Positions 29,790 through 41,218 of a stretch of 64,000 bases of DNA are shown in pieces. The position numbers and the translations under genes are program-made. Origin of the DNA: Caecitellus pseudoparvulus (taxonomy: Eukaryota; Protista; Bigyra: Bicosoecida). The stretch is taken from NCBI GenBank assembly GCA_965644315.1, contig CBFFRQ010000212.1, positions 72,090 through 136,089 of the forward strand, written 5' to 3'. The notes under the pieces are model-generated. The model did not search any database. It saw nothing but the letters and a program-made list of their open reading frames with translations, and had not been told where the DNA came from. Every line of letters begins with the position of its first letter. Within the stretch, counting starts at the first letter, position 1.

Positions 29790-30347
29790 TTAAAATTTAT
29801 GGTCTGGATATTCCTCTTTTAAGTATTTAATTAAATCTTCTTTTGTTTCATATCTTGTATAAAATCCGTTATTTTTAATTCTGGTTATCATTTTAATAAA
29901 AAACTCATCTTTTAATAATTCTTTTAATTCATAAGATACCGTTTTTATATTCTTTGGTAGCTTGGGTAATATCTGAGATTTTAAAATATAATGTTGTTGA
30001 ACGAAAGCCTCCGGACAATTTGTCCCGAGTGTATCAATAATAAACTGCCGCTTGGGTAAATCATCAATATATAAATTTATAACTTCTAATAAATCTATTA
30101 ATTGTTCGAAGGTTTTAATTTTATTTTTAATATCTTCTGTTTCTGCTTCAACTTCTAATTTAACTTTTTCTAAATTCTCTAATTTGGTTTCTTTTCTGAT
30201 TTTTATAGATGGTTCATTAAATATTGAGTAATAAAAGAAATACGAATAATCCTCAATTTTACAAAATTTATTTATTAATGAGTGATAAGAGTTTAACTCC
30301 CTCTTATGAATGCTTAATAATGTCTTTAGACTTTTTAAAGTTGTCAT
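29790..30347 (-). CDS. Hypothetical virophage protein
   Basis: 185-aa ORF with TCTA upstream. Confidence 0.6.
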   Translation of the reverse strand: MTTLKSLKTLLSIHKRELNSYHSLINKFCKIEDYSYFFYYSIFNEPSIKIRKETKLENLEKVKLEVEAETEDIKNKIKTFEQLIDLLEVINLYIDDLPKRQFIIDTLGTNCPEAFVQQHYILKSQILPKLPKNIKTVSYELKELLKDEFFIKMITRIKNNGFYTRYETKEDLIKYLKEEYPDHKF

Positions 30348-30528
30348 TATATAAATTTAGAATATTTATTTTTTAAATTATTTTTTAAATTTAAATAAAT
30401 TAGTTTTAAGAAATATATTTTCTCTAGATTATTATATATATCAAGATGTAATTTTTATAGTGCATTAAATCAACGTTGTATCATAAGCCATAATATCCAT
30501 TTTTTATAAGTATTAAATAATATAATAT

Positions 30529-31065
30529 TTATAAAAAATCATCTTTTGAGACTGTTTCAAATAATCCTAATCTTTCGGCATTGTCTGGATGATATACAAC
30601 CGTTATTAATTCATCTAAAACATTTTTATATTTTACTTTGTGTTTTTCTTTATGTCTTAGAATTTTTATATATTCTTTTAATGTATTTGAAGACCATTTA
30701 AAATTATCAAATATTTCTATTAAATCATAAAAAAAAATGTTTTCTCTTTCTATTCCTTCGGCACTCCATTCCTTATCGGGATATTTAAAAAGCCAATCAA
30801 TAGTAAAATTTTTAAATTTATGAAATATCTTAAAATTTAAATTACCATCATTATATTTATCTATTAGTTCTATTGTTAATCCTGATTTTTTTATATCCTT
30901 AATATCTTCAATTGTAATTTTTGAATTATCAGCCCCTTCTAATTTTGTAATTTCAATAAATTTCTCTCTTACGCATTCTATATTACCACAACAACTTAAT
31001 AAAATATCATCTTCTATATTATCACAGGTTATTATATCATAATATAAATAAAAATCAATATTCAT
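30529..31065 (-). CDS. Trp-rich repeat protein, paralog 3
   Basis: WLFKYPDKEW and YHPDNAERLGLF C-terminus. Confidence 0.7.
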   Translation of the reverse strand: MNIDFYLYYDIITCDNIEDDILLSCCGNIECVREKFIEITKLEGADNSKITIEDIKDIKKSGLTIELIDKYNDGNLNFKIFHKFKNFTIDWLFKYPDKEWSAEGIERENIFFYDLIEIFDNFKWSSNTLKEYIKILRHKEKHKVKYKNVLDELITVVYHPDNAERLGLFETVSKDDFL

Positions 31066-31091
31066 TATAGACCTATATAAAATAAAAATCT

Positions 31092-31871
31092 TTAAACATT
31101 TATAAAAAAATCATCTTTTGAAACATTATCAAACAAGCCTAAACGTTCCGCATTATCTGGATGATAAACAATTGATAAGAATTCATCTAATACATCTTTA
31201 TATTTTATTTTGTGTTTTTCTTTATGTTCTTGAATTTGTTTATAATCATTTAATATTTTAGATGACCATTTAAAATGTGGAAATATTGATATTAAATCAT
31301 AAAAGAAACATTCTTTTTTTTCAATTAATGATATATCCCATTTTTTACGTGGATATTTATATAACCATTCTATATTAAAATTATCAGATTTTGTCATAAG
31401 TCCAAAAATCCATTTTATATTTTGACATTCATTAACCCAGCTTATATCAAAATTATCATTATATAATAATTCGTTTTTGTCCCATTTAGCATCATAAAAA
31501 TAATTTATTATATCACTATTTATAAAATTCAAACTTGAAAAATATTCAAAGTCCCATCCTTTATCAGGGTGTTTTTTAACAAATTCAAAATCCTCTTTAT
31601 TTTTTATAAATTGTGATAATGTGTAATAACACCAGTCTTTATCGGGATTTTTTTTTACAACTTCAAAACCCTCTTTAATTTTTTTATTTCTAATTCTTAT
31701 TGATAATATTTTATAATCCCAGTCTTTATCGGGGTATTGTTTAACAAAATTAAAATCTAAATCTTCTTCTATTGCTGAAACCCATTCATAATCCCATTTC
31801 TCGTTATGTGGGTCTTTTTTAATGGCTTCCATCTTATAATCCTCATTAACATATATAAAATAACCAGTCAT
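31092..31871 (-). CDS. Trp-rich repeat protein, paralog 2
   Basis: Near-identical C-terminal half to 12116..12949. Confidence 0.75.
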   Translation of the reverse strand: MTGYFIYVNEDYKMEAIKKDPHNEKWDYEWVSAIEEDLDFNFVKQYPDKDWDYKILSIRIRNKKIKEGFEVVKKNPDKDWCYYTLSQFIKNKEDFEFVKKHPDKGWDFEYFSSLNFINSDIINYFYDAKWDKNELLYNDNFDISWVNECQNIKWIFGLMTKSDNFNIEWLYKYPRKKWDISLIEKKECFFYDLISIFPHFKWSSKILNDYKQIQEHKEKHKIKYKDVLDEFLSIVYHPDNAERLGLFDNVSKDDFFINV

Positions 31872-31907
31872 ATAATATACTAAATAAAATATTTTTTCTT
31901 GAAACCC

Positions 31908-32491
31908 TTTTAAAATGTGAGAGAGTGTTTTTTATTATATATTCGCACACGCCCCACGCTATGTCTGATTTAGTGATTAAGTGATTTAGTGATTAAGTGT
32001 TAAGGGTTATAATGGATTTAGTGTTAAATGATATATGAATAAGTGATTTACAATGTATCTTTTTATTTTGTCATTTCGCCTCCTTTGATTGTTTCTAAAA
32101 TAGGGTGTTTGGATGGATGGTTGATTGCTTCAATTTTGTTTTGACTGATTGTCAGATAAGGGCTAAGAATAGTCTCAGAAAAAATATATATATATATATT
32201 TATTATATTTTTTATATTATTTCTATTTATTGTAGTGATAACCCTTAAGATAACACTTATAAAATAGTAGTAAAAAGTAAGTAAAAAATATATTAAAGGG
32301 TTTATAAGAGATTGTTTTTATAGGGATAGTGTCTAATAAGTGTTATAGATATAATATAAATATATCTAAGAATAATATTTATAGATATAGTCTAAAAATA
32401 TAGTATAAAAATATATCTGTTTTTAGTCGCAAACTGCGGCAGCAGTTGAGACATATCGCTCATAAATTCATTTATGGATTTATTGTCCCCC
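31908..32491 (-). repeat. Right terminal inverted repeat (584 bp)
   Basis: Ends ...GGATTTATTGTCCCCC then TSD CTGTT. Confidence 0.95.
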
Positions 32492-35390
32492 CTGTTACTG
32501 CTGCTGCTGGTGCCACTGCAACGCACTCTGTCGCGATGGACAGTGGCACGGAAGGCCAGGTGGGGGGCACCAAGCGCCCACGTGACACACTCGGATGGTT
32601 TTCATGGCTTGCCTACGAATGAGCTGCCTTGGCCGACCCCGTGCACGTGCCCAGCAACTGGGGCGGCGAAGGGTTTCACTTCAAAGGACGCGTGAGTGGT
32701 ATCAAACGCTGCCAAAAGAGCCGGTCAAGGTGCAGAATCTGACCGCCAAGGGGTTCCTATGTTACTACACCCCGCCGATGTTGCAGTAATACAAGCTCGA
32801 GCCTCTGAGGACACAGGAGCACCCCATTGAAGGAACTGCGTCTCCGCGTTGAGTTTAGGTGCACACGGAAACTACATTATCCGTTGTAGCAACTGAACGA
32901 GCAGCAGCTGCGAAACTTGCTCCCTTGCCAAAGGAAAATGGGGCACCAGAAGTACGCAAGCGTCAGGCTTTGCTTCAGAAGGATCTGCTGCAATCGTTGA
33001 GGCGAGACTTCGTCGAGGCTTGTACGAGCCATGGGTTGTCCATTGACCACTTGACAGTACCCCCCTCTTCCTTTGCCCCCGAAGAACCCGCTTCTGCCGG
33101 GTCACAGGCGCCTTGGCAGCCTCCATATCCTCCATGAAGGTGGCCACATGGTCAATCACAACTTACGGGACCTGTCGACCGCTTGCATCGGCGCGCCGGT
33201 CCGAGAGTGCGGCCAACACAACCGCTTGCGACTCCTTAGGCTCTGGCACACTCGTGCCTGACTCCCTGGGGAGGCACAGGAACTTGAGGATGGCCCGTGG
33301 CCTTGGACACCATTCCGTGAACCCTAGCTCTGACAAACTGCTTGATGTTGCCTGTAAGCAGCCATTTGAAGACTGGTTCGCGGAGGGAACCTCAAAACCT
33401 TGCGCTAGAGCCACATTCCTGTTTAGCGAGGTCAAGTGCACTGCACTTCCTTGGTTTCTTGGGCAACCTCCAGCTCCGCCCTCTTCCAAGTGCTGCGCCA
33501 ATTGCAGATGGCAGACTTGGATGGCGTGGGCAGCCCATGTTGCCTCAACAGTTTTAAGCTGCGAGCGACAACGTCCCTCACCGAAAGGCCCACAGTGCTG
33601 TCCAAGCACTCCAACTTGATCTAAGCAGTTAAGTCAGAAGTCCCGTGGGCAGCACACTTGATGGTCTGGGGGGCTTGTAAGTGACTGTGCAGATTCCATT
33701 TCTGCGCGCACTTGATCCAGAGCTCGTATGGTTGCTTTGGGGCGCTGCGCTTCGCCCGGGCTCGGCGCGTGCTATTCCTTTTCGATACTGCTTGTGCAAG
33801 GGCTGCTGTGTCATGGTCATGTATACAGGAAGGGAGTGCCTCTTGAACTACGACGAATGCCGCCTCATCCGGTTGGGCTGGCAGAGCAAAGATGATGGGC
33901 GCTTTGTACTCTTGCACTTGTGTGTACGAACGGGCCACAGCTGCAGGCACGTATCTGGGAAGCCGGTGTCCAAGGGTGGAAGTCCTTTGTGGTCCGTGTC
34001 CTTGAAAAGACTCGGCTTGGATCCAGAAACTTCCATCTGTGAATGCTGTCTTGGCTCCTGCATCCACAGCCTTCTTGTAAGCAAGCCGAACTTGGAGCTG
34101 CCGTGCTCGGTTGTCAGCATGACATGCTCTTTGAATACGTGCAGTTTGACGTGAGATGCTACTTAGGGTGATCAACAGCACATGTCCAATGCAAGGGCCG
34201 CCAGCAGGCGAGTGTGCCACTGTGTGCAGCTCTCGTTCAACTCCTGCCTCTCCGAGCTCATTGCTGAGTGGGATCAAGAACCCCCAAATGCGGTCTGACC
34301 ACTGAGCAGGGCCTTTCGAGGTACACTTCATGCCCATACTGATCACACAGTGTGCCGGCACGTGGGCGATGTTCTTGGGCGTGGTGGATCGAGTGCTGAG
34401 ACGCTGGTTCAAATGCATTTCACTGGAATGAGTCGATGAGACATGAAAATCGGCACAAAGGCACGCCGTGGGGAGGGGTGAGAGATGATGGTTGCAAGCA
34501 TGGGATCGGTGTCTGTCGTTCTACGTCAAATGCAATGGCGCCGTGAGTGCACCTTGAAGAAGAGCAGCTGAAAGGCAGCTCACCCACTGCGCAAAGTGTT
34601 TGAAGGGACGGCACAAATATTTGAGGATGTATTCAAGTTTATTCATTTTCCCTTGTGGTGGTGTCAGGAATCGAGCCCACCTGCAGCTCCCTCTGTGTGT
34701 GTATGACGAAGTTGTGCTCGAGGCCAAGTCCTCCTTTGACCGACCGACCCAAGCACCATCGCGTGATCAGGGTGAATGCAATTCAGAACTGAGCTTGCAA
34801 GCTGTAGCCAGTACAGTGTGTTACCCTGCTTGGCCAACCGGAGTCCACGCCGGCGCGGTTAAAGTTCGTACCACTGGTTGTAAAGCAATGATCGGTCTCT
34901 TCTTGCGACAGATTGCAGATGTGTTTTGTGGTGTATCCTTGTTTGCTGCGGCTCGTGCGTTCGGGAGTGAGTCAGCACACTGCAAACCCGATCCGCAAAC
35001 TGGTGCATACTCGCCTTGGCGAATCGGCCATCAACCCATTCCGCGGATCGAACGCGCTTATTCTCCCACATAGTCCGGACGTTTGCTGCAGCAACGACAG
35101 TCTCCACGAGGTACACGATTTGGCTCTCCCTGCGAACTGTATACCTCATGGTTTCAAATCGTGTACTGATTCTGTGGCTGAAGCTCTTGATGTGGTGTAT
35201 GGCATTCTCAACACCTGTCCAGAGCTACGTAGTCATCCCACTTCGCATCTCACGAACAAATGTGATATCAGCAGCTGCGTCAAGCTGTTCCACTGAAAGG
35301 GGGCTAGCACTCGCTTCACGGCTTCGCAGACAAGCTACCGCTGGGCTGTCAGAGACTCGCAAGGAAGTGCTAGATGAAGTTCGCGCCGCA

Positions 35391-37324
35391 ATGGCGAACG
35401 CGCCACCAGTCAGCACGCCCAGCACGAGCACGCGGAGGGCAAGCGCCGGCGCGCTAGCGCGCCGGAAACTGCGCCTGAGGCCACCCCCCAGCCGCATTCG
35501 CTGGAGGAGGCGCGCTAGCATGGTTCATGGCTACAAGGAAGCAGCATCCGCAGTCCGGCACCGAACACTCGACTCCCTATTTTCGTGGGGTGCGACATCG
35601 TGCAAAGTGCTGGCCTACAAGCCTGATGTGCGGTCCTTCCAGTTCACGGACGAAGAGGATCGGGGGAACTCTTTCAGCTTTGCATTTGATGCGGGCTCTG
35701 GGAATCCTGTCGTCGACCTTGGAACATTCTCCAACCCTCTCGCCGAGAGCCTCCTGTTTCTGGAAGACCAGCAGCCGGGCGAAGGAGGAGCGCACACCGC
35801 TGCCGGTGCTGGTGCGGCCTGCTCTGCCCAGCACGCCACGCAAGCAACAGTTGCGTGCATGGCCCTTCCAGAAAATATTCGAGTGCTGGTTGGAGGCTCC
35901 GAAGACTTCAAGGGCAAGCTCACTCAGCTTGTGGCCCGTTTCGAGGGCGAGCCGCGCGTTCTGCTGCGCTTGGTTGGCACCCTCAAGAGCTGCGAGCACC
36001 TGGATCCAGAAAAGGCTTCAAAGGTGGCCAGTGAACTTGTCGCTGACATCATCAAGGAACGAAGCAAGTCCTTGAAGCAACACTTGGTCGAGTGGCTGGG
36101 TTCGCGGGCAGGAGGAGACGCCAAGCTGCCACTCAAGAACCTGCTGCGGCTGGTGGCGGACGCCACTGCGCCAAGCCCGCAGTATCCATACTTGCGCCGA
36201 TGCACTGAGAGCCCGTTTCGTGCATCTGATCTTGCATTCAGAATCGCAACTCATGCGATGCTCTCCTTGTCCGGAGAGGTTTCGTGTGGGGCGTCCCAGG
36301 ACCACCTCGACAACCTGATGCTTCTCAGCGCTGTGTTCGTGAGGCCCCCATGGTGCTCATGCGCGCTGGCATGGCGCAGCACAGGCCAGCAAGAGCTGGC
36401 TGACGCCGTGCCCCTTGCCATTGCCGAGACCAAGGCAGCGCTGACGTCTTGCAAGCGGCACTCGGCGACCTTCCACGCTCACGCGCAGCACAACGTAGCG
36501 TTCGCTGATCCTGCCGTGAAAGCACGGGCAGAGGCCGACCTTGCCACGATCCGGTGGAAGTAGGTCGAGGACATCTGTGCCATTGAGCGCCATGCGAAGC
36601 TGTTTATGAGGGCAATAGCTGGAACGCCGGTCCTGTGGACAGGCTGCATGTGCTCGGCGCAGGGGTGGTGGGGGACCGGACATGGGGCGCACTGGAGCAG
36701 GCCATGTCGGTGCCGGGCACTCGGATGCAGGATGCTCGGCACTCAACCTTCATGCACCGTGTGCAACAGCCACGCCTACATTGCTTCGATGGCGTGCAGG
36801 TTGTCGGCGCGGGGAGAGACACGGTGGTCGAGCTGTCGGCCAGCAACGCCGTCATGGCAGAGGACAAGATAGGCCTCACTCGTTGGCAGACTCTGATGGT
36901 GGGTACGGACAATGCCGTGGTGGAGCCACCCAAGCTTCGGCAGCTGCTGAATGCGCTGCAGGGGGCCGTGGGCGTGTTGCTGCGCTTCACGCATGGGAGA
37001 GCAGTGCCTTGGCCTCGCGACGCGTGCTGCCTGGCCCAGTGGATGGCTCGAGTGGCCACCCTGTTCCAGTTCTTCAGCAATGAGCTCAGAAGACTGGGCC
37101 GGGTGGCCCAGCCACTTGCCTTCACCAAGCTACATATCGCGCAACAGTTGGTGCTCGACATGCATTGGTTCGGTAGCCTGGAGGCGGTCGATACCGACAA
37201 CGGCGAGACGCTGCACACGCGGATCAACCGCGTCCTCCGCAAGATTCACCGTGGAAGGCAGGACGTCCTCTCCATGCTGGCGGAAAGGGTCTGCCTCATG
37301 CAGGCCATGAGCTGCGTGCGGTGA
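35391..37324 (+). pseudogene. Decayed CMC/Plavaka-like transposase
   Basis: DRLHVLGAGV and TKLH......M.WFGSL...DTDNGETLH motifs; internal TAG at 36561 and a frameshift near 36635. Confidence 0.5.
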
Positions 37325-37379
37325 TGATTACCTCCAGCTCCTGGAGACTTTGCGCCAAGGTGGGGAGCTCAAGGCTGCG

Positions 37380-37979
37380 CTAAGGGGCTGCTGGCGCCGA
37401 TGCTCTGATAGCTTCAGCGGCTTCAGCCCCTTGCTTGTGCTCTTCAAGCACCCGAGCCACTGCTGCTGAGTATGTCGCTGGGTCGAGGGCAGCTGCCTGG
37501 ATGCCATGCAGCTGCTCTCCTAGCCCAGCGGCCAAGTCGTAGCCAATGCCCGACATACCGTTGGCATTTTGCATGGACGCGAGGTGCTCAGCGGCATTGG
37601 GAATGGCTTGGACGAGATGAACCCAAGCCTTTGTCAGTTTGAAGTTGGTGTCAGCGATGGCCCCCACCCCCACGGCGAAGACAACTACATCTGAATACGG
37701 TACCAAACCGTACGACGATGGTCGTGTGCCAGGGGTGGGGGGCAGCTTGGTGGGAGTAAGCGTCAGGGAGAGCTGGTCGCCGGCCTCGACGTGTCCGGTG
37801 AAGAGGTGCTCGGCCAGCACAACCTTGCCTGGGCGTGCGCCGACAGAGCGGGCAAGCTTGGTGCGGTAGGCCCTAGACAGGACAATGTCAACAATGTCTC
37901 GCTGGGGCGACTCTTGGTACACTTCAAATGGGACAGGTGGGGGGGCCTGTCTCTCCCCGTCGATCTCAAGCTCAAGCAT
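37380..37979 (-). CDS. Hypothetical protein
   Basis: 199-aa ORF of globular composition, no motif recognised. Confidence 0.3.
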   Translation of the reverse strand: MLELEIDGERQAPPPVPFEVYQESPQRDIVDIVLSRAYRTKLARSVGARPGKVVLAEHLFTGHVEAGDQLSLTLTPTKLPPTPGTRPSSYGLVPYSDVVVFAVGVGAIADTNFKLTKAWVHLVQAIPNAAEHLASMQNANGMSGIGYDLAAGLGEQLHGIQAAALDPATYSAAVARVLEEHKQGAEAAEAIRASAPAAP

Positions 37980-39260
37980 TGCCGTCGCCTTCAGGCCTTC
38001 AACGGCAAGGTCCAGGGGGCTGACGCACTCTGCGGTTCAGCAGAGTGGGCGGCTCACCGGTATGCCAGGGCTTTATGGGCCACCAAGTGAATGCTGACCA
38101 ACGGGACCACGATGGAGTGGTCCAGACAGATTCAAAAGCTTGAATGGGCCTCGGCAAGAGCCAACGCAAGCCCCCAGGCACAAGAGGGGGGTGGGATACA
38201 TGAATCTATGCACCCCAGTCTCCCAGCACGACGGGGGCGGCTCCCAAACGAACAGAGGCTGAGACGACAGCCCAGTTCGGCGGCAAGAGGCCCGGGGGAA
38301 GCCCCCCTTTGTGTTCTCCGCCAAAACACAGTGAGAATATTCTTGCGTAGAGGACTACAATACATTCAATAGTCCTCTATACAAGATTACCCTCACAATG
38401 TCTTGGCGGACACCAAACATGCTGCAGCGGAGCGCTGCAGCGCAGAGCCTGCAAAGCAGCTGCTTCCACAGACTCTGGAGATAGGTTCCCGTGCAAACCT
38501 GGTGCAGCTGCGCCCTCCTCGGGGCTCTGGACACGGCAAGAGACAGGTGGTGGAGAGCAGAAGACCGGCTCCGGGGCTGGCAGCCGAAGCCCTGGAAAGA
38601 ACAGGAAAACTGCTTCTCGCCCACCTTCATCATGTTCTTGTGGGACCAACCCGTATGTTATGGCCACGGCTTCTTGCTCTGTGGCACGGGTAGGCGAAGG
38701 TTTGTCCTGCCGTTTTGAGTGAAACGCCGCGTGCACCACACTGCTCACGCACACGCACCCTCTGCTGCCGTGGTGGCACGGCACGCCTAACAATGATAAG
38801 TCCCAAACTTGTTCGTTTCATAGGAGCGCCAGAGGCGCTTGTCAGAGGGGCAGTGGTCGTGAAAGCCACTCACGAAGGGTGAGCTGTGGCAGACTTGCTG
38901 CGCAGCACGGCATGCACTGCATCGGTGCGGCTGACGCTGCCAAGACGCGCAGCTGCCCTGCACCTTTTCACTTTGATACAGTGCCATGACAGCACTCGAG
39001 GGCACATAGCGGCGTCCAGCTTTGGGCGGCGCGGAGTCGTACTTCGGCGCGTGGAGGCGTCCGCTGGTGCTGGCGCTGGCGCTGGCGCTGGTGTAGGTGG
39101 ATGGCACATTCAAAACTATGCCACGTTCAATGAGATCAGGGCAAAAGTGCCGGGTGAAGAAAAGTAATTTAATTTGAAAATATGATTCTAATTGCAACTT
39201 CATCGCGCGGCTCGATGCCTTCCGGTTGGGAAGAAGTCTCGACACATTGCCCGCACATGA

Positions 39261-41168
<1,908 letters not shown>

Positions 41169-41218
41169 AAAACACACACTCACAAAAACACCTCTCTTGC
41201 AATACATGCCTGCCGCCT

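Larger units (their letters stand above)
9326..32491. mobile_element. Complete endogenous virophage (23,166 bp)
   Basis: 584-bp TIRs starting GGGGGACAATAAATCC, 5-bp TSD CTGTT at 9321-9325 and 32492-32496, four virophage morphogenesis genes, rve integrase, AT-rich in GC-rich host. Confidence 0.95.

Noticed and set aside
9326-32491. AT-rich block as contamination or misassembly
   Set aside because: TIRs, exact 5-bp TSD and a host frame that rejoins across the site indicate real integration
33621-34418. AFTDGS as an RNase H motif
   Set aside because: No further RNase H residues or reverse transcriptase nearby; may be TE debris but unsupported
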